DNA from: Mobula hypostoma
Taxonomy: Eukaryota
DNA length: 64,000 nt
Direction: 5' to 3'
NCBI RefSeq assembly: GCF_963921235.1
Contig: NC_086100.1
Location: 204,354,001-204,418,000, forward strand
Shown: positions 37,541-51,059 of the stretch, one piece after another
Position numbering within the stretch: the first letter of the stretch is position 1
Layout of the letters: every line of letters begins with the position of its first letter
Position numbers and translations under genes: made by a program
The notes under the pieces: generated by a model
Seen by the model: the letters and a program-made list of their open reading frames with translations, nothing else
Databases searched by the model: none
What the model was told of the DNA's origin: nothing

Positions 37541-40075
37541 GAACCATAGAACATTACAGCACAGAAACAGGCCTTTTGGCCCTTCTTGGCTGTGCGGAAC
37601 CATTTTTCTGCCTAGTCCCACTGACCTGCACCTGGACCATATCTCTCCATACACCTCTTATCCAGGTACCTGTCCAAGTTTTTCTTAAATGTTAAAAGTG
37701 AACCCGCATTTACCACTTCAACTGGCAGATCATTCCACACTCCCACCACTCACTGTGCGAAAAAGCCCCCCCACCACAATGTTCCCTTTGAACTTCTCCC
37801 CCCTCACCCTTAACCCATGTCCTCTGGTTTTTTTCTCCCCTTACCTCAGTGGAAAAAGGCTGCTTGCATTCACTCTATCTATACCCATCATAATTTTATA
37901 TATCTCTATCAAATCTCCCCTCATTCTTCTACGCTCCAGGGAATAAAGTTCTAACCTATTCAACCTTTCTCTGTAACTGAGTTTCTCAATTCCCGGCAAC
38001 ATTCTTGTAAACCTTCTCTGCACTCTTTCAATCTTATTAATATCCTTCCTGTAATTTGGTGACCAAAACTGCACACAATACTCCAAATTTGGCCTCACCA
38101 ATGCCTTATACAACTTCACCATAACATTCCAACTCTTATACTCAATACTTTGATTTATAAAGCCAATGTACCAAAAGCTCTCTTTACGACCCTATCTACC
38201 TGTGATGCCACTTTTAGGGAATTTTGTATCTGTATTCCCAGATCCCTCTGTTCTACTGCACTCCTCAGTGCCCTACCATTTACCTTGTATGTTCTATCTT
38301 GGTTTGTCCTTCCAAAGTGCAATACCTCACACTTGTCTGCAGTAAACACCATTTGCCATTTTTCAGCCCATTTTTCCAGCTGGTCCATATCCCTCTGCAA
38401 GCTTTAAAAACCTTCCTCACTGTCCACTACACCTCCAATCTTCGTATCGTCAGCAAATTTGCTGATCCAATTTACCATATTATCATCCAGATCATTGATA
38501 TAGATGACAAATAACAATGGACCCAGCACTGATCCCTGTGGCACACCACTAGTCACAGGCCTCCACTCGGAGAAGCAATTCTCTACTACCACTCTTTGGC
38601 TTCTTCCATTGAGCCAATGTCTAATCCAATTTACCACCTCTCCATGTATACCTAGCGACTGAATTTTCCTAACTAACCTCCCATGCGGGACCTTGTCAAA
38701 GGCCTTACTGAAGTCCATGTAGACAACATCCACTGCCTTCCTGGTAACCTCCTCGAAAAACTCTAATACATTTATTAAACATGACCTACCACGCACAAAG
38801 CCATGCTGACTCTCCCTAATAAGTCCCTGTCTATCCAAATACTTATAGATCCTATTTCTTAGTACTCCTTCCAATAATTTATCTACTACCGATGTCAAAC
38901 TTACCAGCCTATAATTTCCTGGATTACTTTTAAAGCCTTTTTAAAACAATGGAACAACATGAGCTATCCTCGAATCCTCCGGCACCTCCCTGTAGATATC
39001 GACATTTTAAATATATCTGCCATGGCCACTGCAATTTCAGCACTAGTCTCCTTCAAGGTCCGAGGGAATATCCTGTCAGGTCCGGGGGATTTATCCACTT
39101 TAATTTGCCTCAAGATAGCAAGCACCTCCTCCTTTTCAATATATATAGGTTCCATGACCTCACTACTTGTTTGCCTTATTTTCATTGACTCCATGCCAGT
39201 TTCCTTAGTAAATACAGATGCAAAAAACCCATTTATGATCTCCCCCATTTCTTTTGGTTCCATTAATAGCCGATTGCTCTGATCTTCAAGAGGACTAATT
39301 TTATCCCTTACTATCCTTTTGGTCTTAATATAGCTGTAGAAGCTCTTTGGATTATCCTTCACCTTGACTGCCAAAGCAACCTCATGTCTCCTTTTAGCCC
39401 TCCTGATTTCCTTCTTAAGTATTATTTTGCACTTTTTATACTCCTCAAGCACCTTATTTACTCCCTGTTTCCCATACATGTTCTACATCTCTCTCTTCTT
39501 TATCAGAGTTCCAATATCCCTTGAGAACCAAGGTTCCTTATTCCTATTCACTTTGCCTTTAATCCTGACAGGAACATACAAGCTCTGCACTCTCAAAATG
39601 TCTCCTTTGAAGGCTTCCCACTTACCGATCACATCCTTGCCAGAGAACAACCTGTCCCAATCCACACTTTTTAGATCCTTTCTCATATCTTCAAATTTAG
39701 CCTTTTTCCAGTTTAGAACCTCAACCCAAGGATCAGATCTATCATTATCCATGATCGAGTTGAAACTAATGGTGTTATGATCACTGGAACCAAAGTGTTC
39801 CCCTACACACACTTCCGTCACCTGTCCGAACTCATTTCCTAATAGGAGATCTAGTATTGCATCGTGTCTAGTTGGTACCTCTATATATTGATTTAGAAAA
39901 CTTTCTTGAACACATTTTACAAACTCTAACCTGTCTAGACCTTTAACAGTATGGGAGTCCCAATCAATATGTGGAAAATTAAAATCCTCTACGATCACAA
40001 CTTTATGTTTCCTGCAGTTGTCTGCTATCTCTGCAGATTTGCTTCTCCAATTCTTGCTGACTATTGGGTAGTCTG
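37540..40075 (-). mobile_element. CR1 EN-RT to 3' end, frameshifted
   Basis: ORFs 39483-40100, 38964-39479, 38404-38898, 38155-38400, 37841-38122. Confidence 0.9.
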
Positions 40076-40199
40076 AGAACTGAACAACATCTGACTCCAC
40101 AACCCCTCCACTATCTGTTCTGTTATTCAGGCTCCCATTCTCCCTGCAACTTTAGTTTAACCCGCCCCCCTCACCTCCCACCACGCAGCTCGATCACCC

Positions 40200-43100
40200 G
40201 TTTGGCTTTCATCTCCCAGATCAATAAAAAGGAGGTACATACCAGGTACAGGCAGATAGGAACAAATGGGGTACTTATGAAGTACAGGAAATTCAAGTGA
40301 ACACTTATGAAAGAAATAAAAGAAGGCATGAGGTTGCCCCAGCAGACAAGGTGAAGGAGAATCCTCAGGGCTTCTGCAGATATGTTAAGAGCAAAAAGAT
40401 TGCAAGGGAAAATAATTAATCCTCTGGAAGATCAGAATGGTAATCCACATGAGGAGACGAAATAGATGGGGGTGATTTTTTTTTTGCATTGTATTTACTC
40501 GGACACAGAGTCTATCGAAGTGAGGCAAAGCAGCATCAAATTCATGGACCCTGTTCAGATTACAGAGGTGGAGGTGTTTGCTGCCTTAAGACAAATTACC
40601 ATGGATAAATCCCCAGGGCCTGACAAGTTGTTCCCTGGGACCCTGCAGAAGACAAGTGCAGAAATTGTCAGGGCACAAGCACAGATATTTAAATCATCCT
40701 CAGTGACGGGTGAGGTACTGGAAGATTGGAGGACAGCCAATGTTGGTCCACTGTTCAAGAAAGGCTCTAAAAATAAACGAGAAAATTTTACGTTGGTGAG
40801 CTTGACATCAGTAGGGGGAAAGTTATTGGAATGTGTGTGCAGGATCCGGATATATAAATATTTGGATAGATGTGAACTGATTAAGGATAGGCAGCATGGC
40901 TTTGTGCATGGTAGGTCATGTCTAGCCAATCTTACAGAGTTTCTCGAGGAAGTTATCAGGAAAATGGATGAAGGCAAGACAGTGGATGTTGTCTACAAGG
41001 ACTTCAGCAAAGCACTTGACAAAGTCTCATCTGGGAGGTTGGTCAAGAAGGTTCAGTCACTCAGCATTCAAGATGAATGAGACTGGATGAGACACTGTCT
41101 TTGGGAGAAGCCAGAGTGTGGTAGCAGATGGTTGCCTCTCTGACTGCAGGCCGGTGACTAGTGGTTGCCACAGGGATCAGTGCTGCATCTGTTGTTGTTT
41201 GTCATCTATATCAGTAATCTAGATGATAGGGTGGTGAACTGGATCAGCAAATTTGTGGATGACACCAAGACTGGGGATTTAGCAGACTGCGAGAAGTCTA
41301 TCATGGCTTGCAGTGTGAACTGGACCAGCTGGAAAAATGGCTTGAGAAATGGAAAATGGAATTTAATGCTGACAAGTGTGAGGTGTTGCACTTTGGTAGG
41401 ACCTACCAGGCTAGGACTTTCACAATGACTGGTGGGGCATGGAGGAGTGTTGTTGAAGAAAGGGACCTAGGAATGCAGGTCTATAATTCACTGAAAGTGG
41501 TGTCACAGTTTGATAGGGATGGAAAGAAAGATTTTGGCACATTGGCCTTCATAAACCAAAGTACTGAGTACAGGAGATGAATGTTATGTTGACTTTGTAC
41601 AAGACATTGGTGAAGCCTGATTTGGAGTATTCTGTGCAGTTTTGGTCACCAACCTAAAGGAAAGATGTAAAAGAGTTCAGAGAAAATTCACAAGGATGTT
41701 GTCAGGTCTGGAAGACTTGGGTTATAAGGAGAGACTGAACAGGTCTGCGCTTTATTCCTTGGAATGTAGAAGATTAAGGGGAAATTTGATAGAGGTACAG
41801 GTTTCCCCCGCCATCCAAAGGTACAGCATTCCTATAAAACGGTTCGTAAGCTGAAATGTCGTAAAGCGAAGAAGCAATTACCATTTATTTATATGGGAAA
41901 ATTTTGTGAGCGTTCGCAGATCCAAAAATAACCTACCAAATCATGCCAAATAACACATAAAAACCTAAAATAACAGTAACACATAGTAAAAGCAGGAATG
42001 ATATGTTAAATACACAGCCTATATAAAGTAGAAATACTTTTCCACAATCATTGCCTGCACTGTTCTCCGTAGTGAAAATCTCACGCAAGTGCTCACGGCA
42101 AAAACACGGCGCAAGCGCTCTCCAGTAACCTTTAAGCTATGAAGCTGCCAAATCATACCAAATAACACATAAAAATACACAGCCTATATAAAGTAGAAAT
42201 AATGTATGTACAGTGTAGTATCACTTATGGGAATCAGGAAGACAGCTTGCCGAGCACACTGATGATGGTGGGTTAGGCTGAGTCGTCGGAGTTTGGGTGG
42301 TGCAGTGGCACCCACCCTCCGGGCAGCGAACTGATACCGATCCACGAAGCATGCACGGGTACAGCAGTAGCCAGGAGGCACACAGCACATCTTTAGGAAA
42401 AAAGCCGAAATAAACAAGTTAATTAATTAGGTGCTGCCCGGCACGTAAATGTCGGCCCAGATCAGAGGCAACGCAAGCCCGGGGGTTGGGGTGGTGGGAC
42501 ACTGGGGTGTCATCTCATCATCGATCAGGGCAGGCAAGTCATCTTCTTCTATGTCTGCCTGCCTCGATGTCGAAGGTTGCGGTTTGTCATCTGCTGTGGC
42601 TGATGTGGAAGGCTTGCTTGACTGCTGAGCCTCGCGCATTTTTCTATCATACAGTTCCTTGTAAGGACTCAAACCGTCTTGCAAATATGCAACCAACGTA
42701 CCCTTTCAAAACTAAAGTGGTACTTTATCATTACTCATTCGGTTTCGATTGTTATCCTTTCCTCTTCCAATTGCATCAGCTTTTCATCTATCAGTTCTTG
42801 GTCATGGGATGCCAAAACCTCTTCAACGTCATGTTTGTCAACTTCCACAAGCCAAACTCACTTTGTCCTTACTTCGTTCACCACAATCAAAACGCTAAAT
42901 TATGTCCAGTTTTACGCTAAGTGTAACACCCTTAGAAGCTCTTTTAGGCTTTTCCGATAGCTTAGAACTCATCTTGCTAACGGCTGCTCACAGGCATGTG
43001 TTTAAGCAATGCCGGCTAGAATGCTGTTCCGAATCCAGGGGAGAGCGGCTGCTTGGGGTGTGCGCTGATTTTTTTCGCACGCTGACTTTTACGCGCACTG

Positions 43101-43530
43101 CCTTTTTTCGTAACAGTGAAAACACCTTCTGTTAGTGAAAAAAGGGAACTAATGTAGGTCTTTCGTAACAGTGATGTTTCGTAAAGCGAACGTTGGAAAA
43201 GTGGGGAACACCTGTATACCACAATTATGAGGGTTATAAATGGGGTAAATGCGAGCTGGCTTTTACCACTGAGATGGGATGGGACTACAACCATAGGCTA
43301 TGGCTTAAGGGTGAAAGGTGAAACGTTAAGGGGAACTTCACACAGATGGTCATCTGGGTGTGGAATGAGCAGCCAGCACAAGTGCATGCGAGCTCAGTTT
43401 CAACATTTAAGAGGTTCATATATGTACCTGGATTGTAGGGGTATGGGAGTAGAAAGTTTAAATAGTTCAACACAAACTAGATGGGCCAAAGGGCCTGTTT
43501 CTGTGTTGTACTTTTCCATGACTCTGTGAC
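40200..43530 (+). mobile_element. Older CR1 RT to 3' end, split by a Tigger-like element
   Basis: ORFs 40466-41080, 41308-41580; LIEV breaks at 41797 and IMR resumes after 43216. Confidence 0.82.
41798..43214 (-). mobile_element. Tc1/pogo (Tigger-like) DNA element with TA TSD
   Basis: TA|CAGGTTTCCCCCG ... GTGGGGAACACCTG|TA; YLQDGL..YKELY.RK...QPSTS remnant. Confidence 0.8.
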
Positions 43531-43959
43531 AAGAATCTTAAGTAATACTGACATTCACTCGAATTCCTTTTAACAGCTGTGCAGACCAACCATACGTTTG
43601 AGTAGGAGATATTTACATGGCATTAAAACTGGCACTTTAAATTAACAGTACACAAAAAAAAAATCCCAGCTGCACGTCAACAAAGGCTATTTGCGTGAGA
43701 GTGTTTCAGTTACTGTGGGGCCAGGCACCCATGTAGCTCAGTGGGAACAGAATAATACCACTGGAGAGAGTCAAACTGAGCCAAGTAACAGTTTGGAGAT
43801 GGAAGAAATGCCCCATTCTTATAGAGACAGGAAGAGCATCAGAGAGTTTGATGGTCATTTCAGATACCAGCACTGTGCCCAGTTACAAGATAATTTCTCT
43901 CCCTAACTTGGGTTGAACTGCACTGTACCGTGTGATGCCAGATCACACCCTGACAACTA

Positions 43960-44024
43960 AAGTGATCTCATCTGAAATGTTGTCCTTCACCCATTGATGG
44001 ATTTTGTAAATCTTTTTACAGGTT
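43960..44024 (+). promoter_or_regulatory. Putative 3' splice acceptor of the ZNF gene 2 finger exon (AG at 44020-44021)
   Basis: TCTTTTTACAG|GTT; homologous to 4960-5030 (minus). Confidence 0.65.
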
Positions 44025-44341
44025 AAAAATGACAAGGAATTTATATGGGAATTCCAATAAAACACACCAGTTTTGCTGTCTCTATCTAGATATTTAAGAA
44101 GTGGAGCAAGGGATTCAATCGACCATCCTTCCTGCTCAGACATTGGGAATGGATTCAGTCAGTCATTTCAACTGAAGGTACATCAGCAAGTTCACACTGG
44201 GACAAGGCCATTCATCTGTTCTGTGTGTGAGAGGGGATTCAGACTGTCTTCTCACCTGTGGACACAACAATCAGTTCACACTGGCCAGAAGCTGGTCATC
44301 TGAATTTGTGGGAAGGGCTTCACTCGGTCATCTCTGAGCTA

Positions 44342-45364
44342 ATGGCTCACCAGCGAGTTCACACCGGGGAGAGGCCGTTCACCTGCTCGGACTGTGGGAA
44401 GGGATTCACTTACTCATCTAAGCTGAAGGTACATCAGCGAGTTCACACTGGGGAAAGGCCGTTCACCTGCTCAGTCTGTGGGAAGGGATTCACTCAGTCA
44501 TCCACCCTACAGAGTCACCAGCGAGTTCACACTGGGGAGAAGCCGTTCACCTGCTCAGACTGTGGGAAGGGATTCACTCAGTCATCCACCCTACAGAGTC
44601 ACCAGCGAGTTCACACTGGGGAGAGGCCATTCACCTGCCCAGACTGTGGGAAAGGATTCACTTTATTATCTCACCTACAGAGACACCAGTCAGTTCACAC
44701 TGGAAAGAGACCATTCACCTGCTCAGTCTGTGGGAAGACATTTACTCAGTCATCCCACCTACAGAGTCACCAGCGAGTTCACACTGGGGAAAAGCCATTC
44801 ACCTGCTTAGACTGTGGGAAGGGATTCACTTGGTCATCTGATCTACTGAGACACCAGCGATTTCACACTGGGGAGAAGCCATTCACCTGCTCAGACTGTG
44901 GGAAAGGATTCACTTTATTATCTCACCTACGGAGACACCAGTCAATTCACACCGGGGAGAGGCCGTTCACCTGCTCAGTCTGTGGGAAGACATTTACTCA
45001 ATCATCCCACCTACAGAGTCACCAGCGTGTTCACACTGGGGAGAGGCCATTCAGCTGCTCAGTCTGTGGGAAGGGATTCACTCAGTCATCCGAACTACAG
45101 AGTCACCAGCGAGTTCACACTCAAGAGAAACCGTTCACCTGCTCGGACTGTGGAAAGGGATTCACTCGATCATCCACCCTATTGGCACACCAGTCAGTTC
45201 ACACTGGGGAGTGGTCATTCACCTGCTGTGAATGTGGGAAGGGATTCACTCGGTCATCTCATCTACTGAAACACCAGCGAGTTCACACTGGGTGGAGGCC
45301 GATCACCTGCTCAAACATTGGGAAGAGATTCTCTCAGCCAAATCAACCAAATGTGCATCAGTGA
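44342..45364 (+). CDS. Tandem C2H2 zinc-finger protein (11 intact fingers, no effector domain seen); ZNF gene 2
   Basis: ATG at 44342 ([13 protein letters not shown]) within ORF 44258-45364; decayed fingers at 44130-44340 and 45300-45470. Confidence 0.88.
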   Translation: MAHQRVHTGERPFTCSDCGKGFTYSSKLKVHQRVHTGERPFTCSVCGKGFTQSSTLQSHQRVHTGEKPFTCSDCGKGFTQSSTLQSHQRVHTGERPFTCPDCGKGFTLLSHLQRHQSVHTGKRPFTCSVCGKTFTQSSHLQSHQRVHTGEKPFTCLDCGKGFTWSSDLLRHQRFHTGEKPFTCSDCGKGFTLLSHLRRHQSIHTGERPFTCSVCGKTFTQSSHLQSHQRVHTGERPFSCSVCGKGFTQSSELQSHQRVHTQEKPFTCSDCGKGFTRSSTLLAHQSVHTGEWSFTCCECGKGFTRSSHLLKHQRVHTGWRPITCSNIGKRFSQPNQPNVHQ

Positions 45365-46209
45365 GTTCACACTGGGGAGAGGCCGTTCACCTGCTGTGAA
45401 TGCGGGGAGGGATTCACTCAGTAATCTAACCTTGTGACATACTACCAGGTTCACACTGGGGGGAAAGTTTCAATAAGCTTCATGCTGGATATTTGTCCAT
45501 CACCGTTGCTGAATGCAATTTCGAGAGTGACTGTCAGTGCTGAACTCTGCAATTATTACTGCTGCTCACCACGCCCAGTTCTGCACCCTGGTCACTGGGC
45601 ATGGGAGGAGTTTCTTCTGCAGACTGAAGAAGTCGAGCTGACTGTAGTTCTGTCTGAGATGTTCTTCGCCCCTCAAATCTCTGGGCTGAGGAAGAATGAC
45701 AATGGTAGTTACCCTCCTTAATCATGACTCATTTCCACATTAAGGGTGATTTTCTCTGCTTCTAAAGGGTTGTTAGAAAGCACCCCTGTCCTCTAAAGTC
45801 TGAAAGCAGAATGGGAAACCATCTGTTGGATGTTCCAATGTAGCAGGGTCAGAAACCAGAGGCGGGCCTGCACAGGGCAGAGTTTGGGGCTCCGAACGAA
45901 GGTCGGGGTAAGAATGTATGATGAAGAGAAGGAATCAGCAGCGGGGTGTGGCAACAAATGACAGAGTCGCAGCATTTGGAAGCTGATTGACAGAGAAGAT
46001 CTTTCGGTTGTCTGACTGATGACACAAACAATACCTGCGGTGAGGTGCTCCACTGGTCGAGGAGCGTATGTGTTGGGAATGTTTTTATCTATTGAGGGAG
46101 TTGTTCCTGCTTGTTTATCCTGTAATATTATTAATGGCCTCCTAGATTCCTTCAGTATTTTGTGTATGTGTTGCTTCGATTTCCAGCATCCACAGATTTT
46201 CTCCTGTTT

Positions 46210-48730
46210 TTGATAAAAACAAAAGCAAGGTCATATAATATAGCAAGAAAATAGTGGGAAGTTAGAGGATTGGAAAGCTTTTACATAACCAACAGGAGAC
46301 AACTGAAAAAAACGCAGGAGAGACAAGATGAAAAATTACGGTAAGTGAAATGATAATATCAAGTATCAAAAGTTGTTCAGATATATAAAGAGTAAAAGGG
46401 TGCAAGAGTTGATATTGTACCACTGGAAGATGATGTTGGCGAGTTAGTAATGGAACAAAGAAATAGCGGCCAAATGTAGTAAGTATTTTGTGTCATTCTT
46501 CACTGTGTAAGACACCAGCAGTATAAGACCATAAGACATAGAAGCAGAATTAGGCCATTCAGCCCCATTGAGTCTGCACTGCCGTTCTGTCATGTCTGAT
46601 CCCGTTTCTCACTCAACCCCATGCACCTGCCTCCTTGGCATATCCTGTAATGCCCTGACTGATCAGCAAACTATTAGCTTCTGCTTTAAATGTACCCACA
46701 GACTGGGCCCCCACTGCCGTCTGTGTTATAGAATTCCACAGATTCACTGCTCTCTGACTAAATAAAATCTTCCTTAACTACTCTAAAAGGTCGCTCCTCA
46801 GTTTTGAGGCTGTGCCCTCTGTTATGGCTACCCCACCATACGAAAAGTCCTCTCCTCATCCACCCTATCTAGACCTTTCCACATTCGGTGAGTTTCAGTG
46901 AGATTTACCCCCCACTACCTGCATTTATTAAACGTAGGTCAGTGCAGGAGTACAGGCCCAAGGCTGGCAAACACTCCTCATATCTTAACCCCTTCATTCC
47001 CGGAATCATCTTCTTGAGCATCCTCTGGATTCTCTCCAATGACAACATACCTTTTCTGAGATATGGGCCACAAATACTCAAAGTGAGGCCTAAGTAGTGT
47101 CTTAAAAAGTATCAGCATTATCTCCTTGCTTATATATTCTACTTCACTTTAAATAAATGCCAGCCTTGCATTTGCCTTCTTTACCACAGACTCAACCTGT
47201 AAATTAACCTTCTGGGAGTCTTCCCCAAGGACTCATATTTCCTTCTGTACTTCTGTTGTTTGAACCTTCTCCTCAATCAGATAATAGTTCATATCGTTAC
47301 TTTTGCCAAAATGCATTATCGTACATTTCCCAATATTGTATTCCATCTGCCACTTTTTTGCCCATTCTTCAAATTTGTCTGTGTCCTGTTGCAATCACAT
47401 TGCTTCCTCAGCACTACCAACGCCTCCAGCTATCTTTGTATCATCCACAAACCTTGCCACAAAGCCATCAGTTCCATTTTCCAAATCATTGACAAACAAT
47501 GTGAAGAGTAGCGGACGGAACACTGACTCCTGAAGACCATGAGTCACTGCTGGTGTTACGTAACCAGCAACAGTGAATATCAGTCAAGACAGGTTATATA
47601 AAAACAACCAAACATTTACTAAACACGGATAAACAATAAAAAAAAATGAAAACCTTAACCGGGAGTTAACCGCTATGCAGCGGTTCAACAAATTGTCACT
47701 CGGCACTGGTTCTGAAAGCGTTAAATGCTTAAACAGTTCTTAAAGTGGTGAAGTCAGATATGGTTCTTAAAATGGTAAATTCGAAAGTCCAACAGATTTA
47801 TACATTCAATTGGGAGAGACTTCTCTGGAGAAGGATTTCTTCATAGACTCGACTTTCCTGCTGGTTCTGCCCACAGGATTCACAATGCAGGAAATAAACA
47901 GTTTAAAACAAATGACCTTAAATTCTTCTGGAGAGCAAATCCCGCATGAACTCCTTCCTCTTTTGGCAAGAGTTATCTCGATGCAGGTCACTACTCCTTC
48001 AACGAAGACTCAATAAGGTCGATCCTTTGTTAAATTGCCGAACGATGCCAACTCCTCTCAATCCTTCGGGTCCTGTACTTCGATGAAGTCTTCACTCTCC
48101 CGTACCACTGCTGGAATAAGGTACATCAACACATCCAGCAAAAATTTCCAGTCCAGCACTATTGTGCCTTGCAACAGAATGAAACTGCGTCAAAAACAAA
48201 TACGCATCAGAAAGGGAGAGACAGACATTCTAGCTGGAAATCTAAGAACTAAAAACTAACTGCGTCATCTGGGGTCTTCCCTTATATACCCGTGGTGCAC
48301 ATGTCATCACGTGACCTCATCGGCGGGCAAACTACATCAGGTGACCTCCAAAAGACCATTACATCATTCTCACACACAAAAAAAATCACAGATCTCCTTG
48401 AAGCATGTAACACTAGCCATCCAGAAAAGGCTCCTTTTATTTCCACTTCCTGCTTCTTGGCTGTCAGCCATTCCTCTATCCATGCCAGTATTTCTTCTGA
48501 TTTTGATCCTGTTGAACAGTGTCATGTGTGACGCCTTATCAGATGCCTTCCGAAAATCTAATTAAATTACATCCACTGCCTCTCGTTTGTCCATCCTGGT
48601 TATTACTTCCTCGAAGAACTTTAACAGATTTGTCAGGCAAGTTTTCCCTGTACAGAAGCTATGCTGGCTTTGATTTATTTTATCATTAGTCTTCTAGTAC
48701 CCCCAAACCTCATCTGTTATAATAGACTCC
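46210..48730. mobile_element. Degraded CR1 pieces (plus 46210-46520; minus 46523-48730) split by a solo LTR
   Basis: ATAAGACCATAAGAC tail at 46523; RT DNA resumes after 48412. Confidence 0.7.
47554..48412 (-). mobile_element. Solo LTR (Gypsy-type, 859 bp)
   Basis: TGTTAC...GTAACA termini; CTGG/CTAG imperfect 4-bp TSD; TATATAA on minus strand near 48285. Confidence 0.75.
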
Positions 48731-49229
48731 TAATGTGTTGGTTGTCAGTGGTGGGGGGGGAGGGGTGGTCATGTGATTATTAGCCCAGCCATTAAACCAA
48801 TAGATCTCGAGCACAGCAGCACGTGGGTGACGTAAGCCACCGTGCACATGAGGGCAGATCCCGGTGTGGGGAACCCATGAATGACGTCAGGCGCGGGGGG
48901 GGGTGCGACGTCACCTGTGGGGGAGCGCTTGTATTTAAAAGCACCTTAGTGGACGTTTCTTATGATTTCAGTGGGACAACAACATGAATCACGGGTTTCA
49001 TCACTGAATCCAGTGTTGTGAGATGTAAAGTCCCCTGTTTTGTGTCCAGCTGTGCCGTATTGTTGGTGGAGTGGGCAGCGTGGTGTTTGTCTCGACTTGG
49101 GTCACAACACCAGAATTGGCAGCGGGGTCCACACACAGTGTATTAGTCAACAGAAAACATCTCGTCCCTGCAGTCTTCGTCTCCTGGTAAACTCAACACC
49201 GTGACAGTGTGGTCCATATGAACCCCTTC

Positions 49230-49410
49230 CTCACCCACCCCATTTTTATTCAGATATGTCCGCCCTTCCTTCTCCGTCCTGAAGGAGGGTTCAACTGGAA
49301 ACGTCGACAGTTGACTCTCTTCGGTAGATGCTGCCTGACCTACTGAGTTCCGCCAGCATTTTGTTTGTGTTGCTTTGGATTTCCAGCATCTGCTGACTTT
49401 GTCGTGTTTG
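49230..49410 (+). repeat. Penelope-like terminal repeat with degenerate hammerhead (49276-49308)
   Basis: GTC-CTGAAGG-AGGGTTCAACTG-GAAACGTC-GAC then GATGCTGCCTGACCT.CTGAGTTC..CCAGCATTTTG. Confidence 0.65.
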
Positions 49411-51059
49411 TGATTTACCTCTGCGTTGCTCCGCCGGCCTCCGGCCACTGGTAACTCTGTAGAAACCTCCGGACACTGGTGGCACTGCAGGGAGCTCCGA
49501 CACCATTGGCGATGGGCAGACCTCCAGCCACCGGTAGTGCTGCGGAGAACCCCCTGCTAAACGCAGGCGTGATGCCGACTGCAGCTGTTGCCGGTGGTTC
49601 TCCAGTTCAGGTGGCGGTGAGGAAGGGTTTGATCCCGGGATTGTGTAAATCGGGGGTATACTGCAGTGGGAAAAGCCCGGGGCTGAGTTCTGCCAGACGG
49701 TGGTAGTCTCCGGGCTGTCCGCTCCCGCAGCCCCGATTTTAGCTTTGCGCCCGAGCCCGGGCTGTGGGATCAATTAGTTGTGGTTCCCAAGCTGGGAGGG
49801 GTTTGGGGTGAAGGGGATCTGTCTGTGTGTGGGTACAGGTTACAGGTGGACGTGTGGGTGTGGGGTGAGTGGAGGGAACGGTGTGGGACCCTAGGCCTGA
49901 AGTAGCGGGGTGGGGGTGGTGGTCTGTTGTGAGAAAGTGGGATGATCGGACCTTCCATGACCCGGGTCAAATAAGGTTGTAAACAGGGGAGGATCTGCTC
50001 CATTGTATCGGACGCTCGGGTATCCTTTCATTGAGCAACAATTCTCTGTTCATATTAATTACTGTCTAATCTTGCAGTTAAGATTGTGTTTGTTACAAAG
50101 CCCCAGAGCCTGGGAAGAGCTGTCACCGCCATGGGCTGTTGGTGCAGGCTGGGTTGGCGGTGGGGTGTCAGTGACCTCTGCCTCAGAGAAGGGCACGGGT
50201 TTGTACAGTGTTGAGAGATATCAATGTCCTTAGAGTGGTTTCAGATCTGGTGGCAATCTGGAGTTTACAAGGGAAAAGGGAAAAAAGAAGCGGCTTGTGA
50301 GAGAGAGTTTTCAACAGGGACTCATGGTCAGTGGTGGAGGGAGACAGGACCTAACTGACAGATCATATTAATTGTATTTTTTGATATATATAATCTCACA
50401 GATGGTGACTGAGGAAGAGGCTTGTTGAGGGAGGATACCCCGAGGTGAGCTAGTCAGACCCGGTATCAGGAGAGTGACAGTGATGTGATTTTTTGTGTCA
50501 CAGCTACAAACAGTCATCTCAAGTGACTTGTGTGGAGATGCAGCTTCCCTGGAGGTAGACGAAACAGGACACACCAACAGGTGGAACCAACTGTGGGAAG
50601 ACATGGTTTGTCAGGACTGATGATGACCGATGACGAACTGAATGTACCACTATCTTAAGACTGAATCAGAAAACTATTCTGAGGGCACATGAAATGTCAG
50701 AAACTGGGGAGATGTGATCACACGTGCAGAGGGCAGGGGTTGTGTCTCCATTAGACCCTCAGTGAGGTAGTTCAAGTTACAATGTGCCGGGATAGAGGCA
50801 CAGAGTTTTGTGCCGGATTGAATCACTGATTCTGACACAGTGAGAGGGTTAGTTTCACTGTAAGGGAGCAACATTAGAGGAAGAGGACACAGGAACTTCA
50901 TCAATTGTCAGTTGTTTAGCAGAAGTGACCAATCTGTATGTTACCTTGACAGAAACAGATATTCACAGTGGTGACAAAAGGGTGCAGTCTGGTTTATTTC
51001 AGGTTGGAGAAGGTTGTAGAGTTTTGAAATCAATGCCTTGCAGTGCCACCATCATTAAT

